Below are positions 53,053-64,000 of a stretch of DNA of 64,000 nucleotides, in pieces. The position numbers were made by a program, and so were the translations under genes. Source of the DNA: Octopus sinensis (Eukaryota); contig NC_043021.1 of the NCBI RefSeq assembly GCF_006345805.1, positions 17,918,001-17,982,000 of the forward strand, read 5' to 3'. The first letter of the stretch is position 1. Every line of letters begins with the position of its first letter. The notes below the pieces were generated by a model, which ran no database searches, was not told the DNA's origin, and saw nothing but the letters and a program-made list of their open reading frames with translations.

Positions 53053-53270
53053 CTCCTTTGTATTTAAACCGGCTGTATCCGGCCAAAATATTGTTTCTGT
53101 TTTATGTTCAAACTGGATAGATCCAACCTATCACACCTGCCCTACAATGTCATTCTAAAAATAAACAATCATATCATCATAATTCCAAATCTATGAAATA
53201 ATACGATTAATTCAGAGAAATGTGAATAAATAAGCTTTACATTTAACTGAATAATCTGAATGCTAAAAGG
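53053..53270. mobile_element. Old piggyBac-like MITE
   Basis: TTAA|CTCCTTTGTATT ... AATGCTAAAAGG|TTAA. Confidence 0.6.
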
Positions 53271-55896
53271 TTAAAGATTGTGTAAGTAGAAGTTATGATG
53301 GTTTTCAGTTACTGCTGATTTCAAATAATGTTGGTATTTGCTTAATTGTAGACACAACTGGGAAGATCATGTCTTGTCATGTCAACTACCTATCTTGATA
53401 GGAGGAATTTTTTTTCAAGTATCTTTGTACTTTCATTCCATTTAGTAAATATACATTAATCTTGTTTACTTTGCTCTAGTTACAGATAAAAGATAATACA
53501 AGAAATAACCTTTGTATTTCTTTGTTATCTATTTTGCTCTGTTATTCGAAGGTTTTTCTCTCACTCTGAAAGTTAGATTGATTCCTCTTGATACAGAAAT
53601 TTCAGATATATTTACACCTGTCACATTTACTCCTCTTGGAATCTGAAGCTTTGCACTTACCTGGAAAACTATTCCGGTTCTTGTATACTTTTTCTATAAA
53701 ACACAAATGTTATGACATTATAACTAGGTAGATTTCGAAACATATGTCACACACAAGGAGAAGCCATTAAATAATTAAGACATATTTATGTCCAATAGGG
53801 CAGTTACACAGTGCATATATGCACTGGGACCCTGTAGGCTGCAATGATATTTGTGTGTGTTTATTTCAAGCTTGATATAGAAGTAGAGGGGCTGAAGCTG
53901 ATCAAGGAACATTGGACAGTATGTCTTATCACTATAGTTTGGAATTGTTATTAAAAGGACCACTGTTAACAAGATCTAATCTTTTGTACGATAGCAAAAG
54001 AAGGAGTGTTATCTTCTTAGTAAACTGTTCAACAATGGTGCAGTGAATGATGATAGCAAGGATAGATAATAGCAGCTTGGTAGAATGACGATAATAAAAA
54101 TGTGAATGGTGGTAATGATAGCAAGAGGCAATCTAAATATTCTTGAAACCGCATTTGATGTTAAGATGAAGGAAACTGTAGACACAGCACAGAACAATTG
54201 CTTCATTTAATAGGTCAACTGAAGAATTTTTATTTTTATTTTTATTGAACTCCTGTCTGCTGGCATTGATTGACAAAACTATACTTTGGTACTTTAGGCT
54301 AGTTCTGATGTAGGTTGTGAATCAATGAAGGCTAATGAGTTCATCTGGAGGTACATGTGTCTGTCTCTCTCTAATACCACACTCACATATATAGTGCTTT
54401 TAAGCTCTTTGTACATATGTATGTGTATGTGTATATATACATATATATATATATGTATACTTGTGTATGTCTATGTTTGTGTGTGTGTGTGCGCGCATGC
54501 TTATGCATGTGTGTGTGCACTGAAATACTTGTGTGTGTGTGTGCATATGCAAGCTTGTGAGTGTATGTGTGTGTCTGTATAGAAGGAAACCTGAAGACAA
54601 CTGGCATGCTGGTTGGAATTCTATAATTAAGATAGCAACTTATCATATAGTTGTCTTTGAAATTCAGTTGTAATTGGCAGACATTAGTGGTTGACATATT
54701 CCATTTATAGAATATAACAGTTCTTTGCTATAAATAGCCAGGAATGAAATGGCAAGTGATTCAGTTAGAGCAAATCTATTTTATATCTCATTTTAAATGT
54801 TGCTTACACAATATTGAAAGTCAGTCTCATTGTTCAACAAAAGACTTGCTTCTCCTTACTGTAAACAGTATGAAACATGTGCTGCAAATATAGTCTCTTC
54901 ATAAATATTTATTATTTAAGCTTTAGTTATTCATGGTGAAGTAGCAATATATAGAGATTAGTTTAGGTGCTGCACTACTGGCACCTATAGTTCATGAGCT
55001 TATGTGTATTTCACTATCAGACTTATTTGCCTCCTGCCCTTAGGCTATCCACACATCATTCTAATTATCTTGGCGTATTTAATAGAAAAACGTGTACTAC
55101 TTCCTACATCACAATTGATTTGTTGGTGGTATAAAGATCAGCGAACCTAAAAAATAACTGCTTTGACAATATACATAAATAGGTAAAAGAGAAAAATAAA
55201 TTAAATAATCCTGCTTTTATCAGCATCAGAAAGAAAATGGATATAAATATATTAAAACAGACACTTTTCCAGTAGTGACTCCATTTTATATTATTAAAAT
55301 AATGTTTCATTATTTCAAATACAAAAGCCGAAACTGTTCCTTAATTCATTATTGACTAAGCACTACTGGTGTGTGTGTATATCACTTTCGCTTCTATTCA
55401 TATGGAGATTAAATCTCTGATACAGAAATTGCATTAGATTACATATACTCTAAAGAAACATTTCCTGATAATATATAGAAATTTAGGTCATTGATTGAGT
55501 GCTGTTTTATGTCAGGTTTATTTTAGCCTTTTTCCATTTTTTTAAAATAATATTTTTGTATCTATTGTTCTTTATGCTGTCTCAGATTAGAAGCTTCTAT
55601 AAATTTAGAGAAATACAACTAATACCTTGACACTTAATTCATTTGAACTTCCTTTTATCCTATGTAAATACACCTGTTTGTACTTTGTACAACAAGTCCT
55701 ACAATGCGTGGACCAGATACTTTGTAAAAGATATCTCCATTTTATTACAGTTTTGACTTTAAAATACCCACTTTATTTAATAAATTAATAAATTTCTTAC
55801 TCTTCCTTCTGTGTGTATAATTTGTGTATGTGTATATCTCATCATCATCTTTGCTTTACATTCTTTTCCATGTCAGTGCATGGATTCTATAGCTTG

Positions 55897-55947
<51 letters not shown>

Positions 55948-56316
55948 TATATATATATATATCATATCATTTTTCACAGAATTCCCATGCTAGCATGGGT
56001 TGGATGGGTTGTAATGATCTGAGTCAGTCTTTATTGTGAGCCACTGTTCTCATAGACTGGTGCATGTGTGTTTCATTCGGAGGGTGTAGTGGGTACATTT
56101 TCTGGTGGCACCAGTGCTAAAGAAGTTATGTTCTCTGCAATACAAGATTAAAGGGTACTCTCAACCCTACACTTTCTCCACTCAATTGCCAACTGCTTTA
56201 TAGTTTATATGCATAATTTGGACACACATACAAAACATATATACATTCACACATAAAATTGTTGCTTTAATGGGGGATTTCCACATCAAGTGAATGATGG
56301 TGTAATGTTATTTGCC

Positions 56317-56350
<34 letters not shown>

Positions 56351-57004
56351 GATAGCATGTTTCTAGATGAGTCTACACACACAAACATTAATTGCTAAGC
56401 GACATTGATCATACATCAGAGTGCATACATATAAATTTTGCTATTATTGCATCTATTTGTTGCTTTCAGTAGGATGTATAATATATTGATTTTTTTTTTG
56501 TTCGGTAAGGGATTTTTGAGTTGAGTTGATTTGAGTTTGTGTGTTGAAAAATAAAAAAAAGCAAAAAAAAAACAAAAAAAAAAAAAAAAGAAGGATATTG
56601 TATCATGTGGTTTGAGTCATATTAACTATATTAAATATAACATATGCTATCATATTCACTTGCTTTTTTTTCCACTTTATAATTATCAGTGGTATCAAGT
56701 CTCTCCTTGTACACATGTGATCTGTTTACTGATACTCCGCTACATTCCTTGTCGAATGATGTATGACAAGACATTTTTCACAATTAACTATTAAAAAGAA
56801 ATAAAGGCATGAACATAATGACATGTGTATTTTAAACGGCCAAAATGGCTCACAGCAACATACAACATTAGTATATTGATTTCTTCATGAATGTTTTATG
56901 TGTTATATATACATGTGTGTCTGTGTGTGACACATTGCTATTGTGGCTCCAGTGTTTCTCATTGTATTTAGCAGTAATAATAGAAATGTTGAAAGTGGTG
57001 TTAG

Positions 57005-58440
57005 TTATTTGGCCCTAGGTCAGTCCTGATCGAGCTAACTATAATCAAATGCAGTCAAACCATGACCATCCCTTTTTACTGTCCACAAGTAATTACAGTC
57101 CTATCTGTCTTTTTATCAAAGGCTAAAGCATATGATTTGAGGATATTTGGCTTCTGTTTGCAGCTAGTCGAGCAATTACATAGAATCTCCCTTATGAGTT
57201 GCAGGATTGTAGCACAACATTCAGTTTTGACCCTTTCCATTCTGTGCACATGTTTTGCCACGGTCACTTTGTAGTTAGTACTGTAGGTACTAGTAAATAT
57301 CATGGCTTTCTATCTCTTTGGTGTCAGTACTACAATTCTCTTTGTTTAACCCCAGGTTAGCCTTGATCAAGTAGACCTGTGGTCATAGATCTTGCAAATG
57401 TGTTTGATCTAGTCCTGTTGTTCACTTTCTCCATCCATTTTTTAAAAATAGTAGAGTGTAATCTGGGGTAGATTTGGCTATTATTTCAATCTGATTTAGT
57501 TACCACATAAACACTCCTTCATTGGATTCTATATAAGTACCAGTAATATACTGAGGTGTTTCACTTGGCTGTACACCCAGTGTTATAAAACCAGCAAAAT
57601 TTGACCTTATACCTGTGCTGTATTTTTCTTTCTCATACATCAATAGCTGTTAGGAGTAGGGGTTGTATCTAAGTTGAGAGTGGCAGCATTACCCGTGACC
57701 TTTGCAGGCCTTGCAGTAATGTTCAACCTGCACATCTGTACATCAGTGCATGAACCCCTCTAAGTCTTAACACTTATTTCACACTTTCAGTTTTCACAAT
57801 CTATAACGTGTTAACTGTTACTATTACACTTCGCATGGTATTTTGACAACTTTATTAACATATTGATTTTCTTTAATTCTGCTTCCCCGCTCAATGGTTT
57901 TCTTTTATTTCCACCAATATCACAGCTACTGCCTGTAGTTGTAGCTCCTCCATGTTGATTGCTGTGTTCTTTCACAATGTCTGAATCCATATTTAATCAT
58001 GTTAACTGAGATTGCATGCTAATGGATCAGTGTGTTGTTTAGGGGGGTGGAGTGGGGAGAGGTGTTACTCTACCCTGGTTCTAACTTTCTGCAGATGGTT
58101 GAGCTGAAATATTGTAAAAGATAACATCTAAAATCCTTTTAAGTGTTTTCATGTTCAATATTTTTGTTTTAGTAGAAGACAAATAACCATAGGCCTTTGA
58201 CAGCTTCTTTGTATTGGTTTCTATTGGTGACCATATATCTTGAACTGTTTTGATCTTGTTTAGCCCCAGGTCAAGGTCAACCTTGATTGAACAAGCCTAC
58301 AATCAGTGGCATTCCTACTGTTAACATGCCATTATCCATTTTTTTCAAACCATGTATCTTATTTAAAATAATAGATGTGATTTGAAAGAGATTTAGTTGC
58401 TATTCCTAGCAAAACCAGGTGACCATATAATGGCTTCTTC
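57005..58440 (+). repeat. Three copies of an old unclassified interspersed repeat (57005-57190, 57345-57520, 58255-58440)
   Basis: Motifs like TTGTTTAGCCCCAGGTCA...TGTGATTTGA..GAGATTT..CTGCTATTTCTAGC, also near 3.7, 5.3, 13.3, 32.7, 33.4, 45.2 and 49.6 kb. Confidence 0.55.
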
Positions 58441-59039
58441 TTTGACTCGTTTCTTATTGTAGGTAATAGTTTGGTACTACAGTTGCAAGAACATTCTGTA
58501 TATTAATGTAGTGTTTGAGATATTTTCTTATTCACTAGAGTCTTACATGAACTCAGCTTTGTGAAAAATATTTATATTCTCTCTAGCAATGGAATATTTA
58601 GTAAAACTGTCACTGTTTTTCTTATATTTTTTATTTCATCTTCCATATTCCCATCTTATTTTTTCTATCACCAAATAGTTTTACATCTTTCATTTGTTGC
58701 TGTATTTAAGACTGAAATATTTTTGGTCATTTTTTTTCCAGCGGCCTACAAAAAAAAAAAAAAAAAAAATGACAAAAAATAAAATGTAAACCTTATTGTC
58801 TCTTATGTTAAATATGTGTTTTTTTTATATAATTTCTCTAAATATATTACTTGTAATCATCTTGATCTGAGAATAACATGTGACAAATAGAATGACCGAG
58901 AAGTCAACTTTGCCTTTTGTCCTACAAGTACCAGTAATATACTTTTCATGATGTCGTTGTCTACACACTTTAACAATTGATCTCGATCAAATGTAAAATG
59001 TAGAAGCAACTGAGATAGTCAGATGATTTATGCTTTATG

Positions 59040-59308
59040 ATGACACATGACATGTGACCAACCAGACTATCACATGGTGTTACACATTGCTGGTCACAAT
59101 GTGCTTTGCATCATTTTAGATATCAAATGATGCCACCCTGCTGGCTTGGCAAGCAGGCCAACATCTCCGTTGATTAAAAGGGGACTGGAGCAACCTGAAA
59201 AGAAGTGTTTTGCCCAAGAACACAATGTGCTGCCCGGTCTGGGAATTGAACCCATGATCTAGTGATTGTGAGTGCAGTAGCCTAACCACTAGGCCATGTG
59301 CCTTCACA
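59040..59308 (-). mobile_element. tRNA-derived SINE with family D-type head
   Basis: Minus head GGCACATGGCCTAGTGGTTAGG...GGGTTCAATTCCCAGACCGGGC. Confidence 0.7.
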
Positions 59309-60377
59309 TGCTTTATTATATAAGCTTTAATACTTCCTCAGTTTAAGTTCAAATCCTACTGCAGTCAGCTTTACCTTTTATCCCAATAGAGGTCATACTT
59401 CCTCTTCTTAGTAATTGTATTTATTATGCTCCATTTTTATTTGTGTACCAAGTTCAGATCTCACTTTACCATTCATCTCTCTCTGCAGTCACTCAGTTGG
59501 TAAGTGGCATGCGTAAAGCAAAATCATTGACGAAAATGCTTCCCTATGAATTTGTAACCTTGTACCAATATGAGAAATCAATATTATATAACTGGAAAAA
59601 CATCTGTAAGCTATTTTGTATGTATAACAAATGAAAACTCACCAGGTAGTTGTATACAAGTCTGAGACAATACGCTGTGATTAGTAGAAAATAGAATGAT
59701 GTAATAATGCATTTTGGGAAATTTCCAGAAAAATCTGTATTTGGAGAAAATGATTAGTAGTCACCAAATGAGTTGTTCATTCTTTTACTCATTCAAACAT
59801 TCATGCATTCATTCATTCTTTTATTCCTGTATTCATTGAGTTATTCCTTCATTCATTAGCATAGCTATTGCCAGAAAGTTCTTTCTTTATTTACAGATTT
59901 ATTATTGACATATCTATAATTACCATCTGATTATATTTTTTATATTATTAGATAAAGAAAACGTTTGTAAGAGTGTGTGTGTGTTATTTGTATTCTGTTT
60001 ATTATTTATTTAGAAAACAACTTAAACAATTTTAAACAATTAGATACACCCAAGGAGACAAAGGTGGGTAATCTTAATGTATTGGAGCCTTTCTTTGCAG
60101 AAAGACAGGTCTTATCTCAAATGTGAGAACTGTCTTCTCCTCTCACTGAAGACCAAACTTGCAACTTTCAAGATGTAAATAACCAACCGTAGAGATTATG
60201 CTTATTTCTGCTTCTCACAGAACACTGAAGTGAATCCTTTCATATTGTAAATAGCCGTTGGGTGATAATTATTTCTGCTTTCCTGATGCTTTTAGCAAAT
60301 GAGTTGAATTTTTCCAAAGGAGAAATTTAACTAAATGCTGTTCTCTTGAATTATTGCTATAAGTATTAACCATTACA

Positions 60378-60800
60378 TCATCATCATTTAATGTCCATTG
60401 ATCTTGCTGGCATGGGTTTGACGGTTTGACTGGGGATGGCAAGTTGGAAGGGTGCACCAGATTCCAGTCTGATTTGGTATGGTATCTACAGCTGGATGCC
60501 CTTCCTAATGCCAAACACACTAAAAGTGTAATGGGTGCTTTTATATACCTCTGGCACAGGTGCCATTTGCATGACATTGGTATCTATCATGACTGCAATT
60601 TTGCTCAGCTTGATAGGTCTTCTCAAGCATGACATAATGCCAAAGCTCTCAGTCATTACCACCATGAGGCCCAACATTCGAAAGGAGCTCAGCTACTTTG
60701 TCTCCATTAGGCCCAACACTTAAAAAGTGCTTTTTACATGGCACAGGTACCAGTTATGTGACACCAGCATTAGCCATGACTATAATTACACTTGGCATCC
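60378..60800 (-). mobile_element. Diverged family C RTE-tail element
   Basis: Family similarity. Confidence 0.65.
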
Positions 60801-61658
60801 CATCCATAATATTGTCACATTAGATGAATGGCGACTTTCTGTTATATTTAAGAAAGCTGCATGTTTTATACGTACAGTTCTAGTTTGAATAATTGGTTTG
60901 ATTGTCAGGATTAAACAGTAACAATTAGAGGTAGTTAAATTTGGTCCTTAACAGTTGTGCCTTTGTCAATAGACACAAAGTAGTGCTAGTAACTGAATTT
61001 GAACCATGAGCCTGTTCACTGGTTGTCTGTCAACTCGCCTCTTCACACTTTCTTTGAATTACATAATGCATTTTTATTTTGTTCTATATTAAACTGGTTT
61101 TAGCTGACATAAACCATCATTAGTCTCCTTGAATTCTAGTGTTTAATTTTGTCCTTTCAGAAGTTCCACCAATATTATAGACAGGATATAGCAACAATTT
61201 TATACACAAGAGATATCGATGTTTATTAGACTAGATGAAACAAAATATGTTTGAAAAGTCTTTTGATGTAAAATAGCGTATTGAAACAAGCATTATTGTA
61301 TTTTGCTTGAATCATCTTTGCTAATTATTAAATAAACACAACATATAAACACACATATGTGGGACAGAGTGGCTGTGAGGTGAAGGTAATACACTATTTA
61401 ACCACGATTATTAATTCAAATCCTAGTACGATGTCTGTCATTATTTTATGCTATTGAGCAAGGTACACTAACTCTTAGATATATTTTTTCCTTCTTTCAA
61501 GGCTAATTCAAAAGAGAAAGTGCAATGTTCATGATTTTGTAGGACTTCTAAGGTTGATGGAGAGTGAAAATAAAAAAAAAAACAGGCCCTACTCCAATTC
61601 AACAGTTGAATGTTTAGCAACTGGAAGGGCACCAAGCAGCTGTGAATCAAAACAAAAT

Positions 61659-62050
61659 GGATGGATGGAAGCACTCCGTCGGTTACGACGATGAGGGTTC
61701 TGGTTGATCCGAATCAATGGAACAGCCTGCTCGTGAAATTAACGTGTAAGTGGCTGAGCACTCCACAGACACGTGCACCCTTAACGTAGTTCTCGGGGAT
61801 ATTCAGCGTGACACAGAGAGTGACAAGGCCGGCCCCTTGAAATACATGTACAACAGAAACAGGAAGTAAGAGTGAAAGAAAGTTGTGGTGAAAGAGTATA
61901 GCAGGGATCACCACCCCCTGCCGGAGCCTCGTGGAGGTTTTAGGTGTTTTCGCTCAATAAACACTCACAACGCCCGGTCTGGGAATCGAAACCGTGATCC
62001 TATGACCGCGTGTCCACTGCCCTAACCACTGGGCCATTGCGCCTCCACCT
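61659..62050 (-). mobile_element. Full-length tRNA-derived SINE (family D) with TSD
   Basis: Head GGAGGCGCAATGGCCCAGTGGTTAGGG...GGTTTCGATTCCC; (CCAT)n tail; 12-bp TSD TCAAAACAAAAT at 61647-61658 and 62051-62062. Confidence 0.9.
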
Positions 62051-64000
62051 TCAAAACAAAATAGTAACTCCAACATAACATAATCCCATCCATTCCATCG
62101 TGGAAGAAAAGTAGATATAAAACATTAATTAGAAATATCTAAAATATCTTTATAATTTATATTTTATAAAACAAAAAATTGATGGATTATGATCTTGTGA
62201 GTTCATATTTATAATAAAGTATGTTTTAAAATCTGAGCAGGACACTTAATTCCAAATTCTTCGGTCCACCAGTCCGGCAAAATAGACACTAATTCTGAAG
62301 AAAAGCTAACTTTCCCTGTGATATTTAACAATTTTTTTCATGAAATCATTAATTCTTTTTACGACAATTTTCATTTTTCAAACATTACCAAATATAGCTA
62401 ATTAGTAATTTCTATCGAGCTAATTACTAATTTCCATTGAGCTTATCTTCCTATTCTTTTAATTTGATTGAACTCAAATTAAGGAATTTCTTTAACTCAA
62501 TTTGTTTTCTTGTCAGGATTTAATAATACAATGTTTTATCTGTGTTTAATGACTGATGTATTTTATTGTCACTTTAATGTTAAAAACATAGCAAACTTTT
62601 TTTGTCAAGCAATAGACTGCTCTACCTCTGTCATCATATTTTCTTCTATTATTAGCATCAAGGAGGGCAGCAAGATTACATAAAATGCTTAGTGATATTT
62701 CTCAACTCTTTACATTCTTAGTTTAGATACTGCCTAGGTTGATCTGGCCTTTCATCAGTAAAATAAGTACTAAATGTTGAAGTTGATGAAATTGACTCCT
62801 CTTCCCCTCAAAATTGTTGGGCTTGTCTCAAAAATTAGAATCATTAGCACCAATGTAAGGCACTGGAGTGGCTGAATTATTAGGGTGGCTGACAAAAGTG
62901 TCTTGTTTCAGCTCTTTACATTCCAAGTTCAATTCTTGCCAAGTTTTGGGTTTAATGGCATCACCTAACACCTTCACCTCCTCCCAAAATGTCAGGCCTT
63001 GTGCCTTTATAAGAAACATTTATTAGCACCAAAGTAGGGTAATAGAAGATAGGATTAGTATGATGCTGGGCAAATGCTTTGTGCTCTTACATCACTTAAC
63101 ATTTTGTGTTCAATTCCTATTGGATTTGACTTTTTGCCTTTCATCTTTCAACTCTCTACTGACACTAAAATGGTGGGGTGATAGAAAAGGTGGAACACCA
63201 GGCAAGATGTCCTGCTCTGTTTTGCTGCATCCTGTGTGTGAAAACCTGGTATTCACTTTGTTTATCATTGCTCTGGGCTACATTAGATTTACACTAGTGA
63301 AGTCCTGGAGTTTGCTTTGATTATATTCCTCTCTCAAAATTCATTTCCTTGCGCCAAATTCTCGACACTGTTGATGCTAGGGCCTTCACTAATAGGCCTT
63401 TCTTAACAGTTGTTTCTAAAGTATACCCCTCCCTACTATCTCCCTTACCTGTATATGAAGAGATTAAAGATAAGAGCCATCTCATCCAAGCCTAATTTAC
63501 CTGTAGATTGTATTATTATGAAGTCAGGAAGTCTTCATAGTGTCATTGTGTGCAGTTACTGATATTGTCTGATATTGCAGTCTACATTATTGTCACACTG
63601 ATGAATTATCATTCAGGCTTCCTTGGTTCTAATTTAACTTTTGTTTTGCTCTGTGGATTAAGCTGATCACAAATAGATTATTTATAAGATTTGTTTATAA
63701 TGAACTATTCTTGAGAGAAGACATTTGATGTTTCCATGGTTGCTTGTGGAAGACACAGTAAAAAGTTACTTTCTCCATTATGTATTTTGTCTTAGAAAAA
63801 CAACAGTAATAAGTGGAATCTTTTGCAAAGGCATCAAATAATTGTTTTCAAAAGAGGAAGGTATACAAAGGATTGAATTGAAACTGTTCTGGTAATTATT
63901 TTATGGAATGGTGGAAAGTGTAGTAACTATAATTATTCCAATGTACTACAAAAAAACTATATTGTACAGCAAACTACAATGTGCAATACAGGCTATAATT

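Noticed and set aside
60014-60125. Possible exon after the TTTATTTAG acceptor
   Set aside because: Early stop in the phase matching the 31941 donor; other frames unrecognisable

Overview
AT-rich, repeat-dense eukaryotic DNA. The SINE set and heavy (TA)n/(TATG)n/(TCTA)n load point to an octopus genome (inference from recognition, no database search). No complete host gene is visible. The only host-like signal is a CpG-richer, SINE-poor island (~28.1-32.3 kb) with a candidate first coding exon at 31877-31941 encoding a signal/membrane anchor. The rest is three tRNA-derived SINE families, RTE and CR1/L2-type LINE remnants, decayed Tc1/mariner transposases, several MITEs, a Helitron end and a truncated Penelope-like element (GIY-YIG). 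Almost all ORF-track entries are microsatellite or SINE artefacts. The most striking unexplained structure is a set of about 10 type I hammerhead-ribozyme motifs from four distinct families. They sit in short ORF-less units or long fold-back palindromes, nearly all inserted in (TA)-rich microsatellites. One family is physically linked to the Penelope ORF, which also carries a tRNA(Ile)-like Pol III cassette between its stop codon and its hammerhead terminus.
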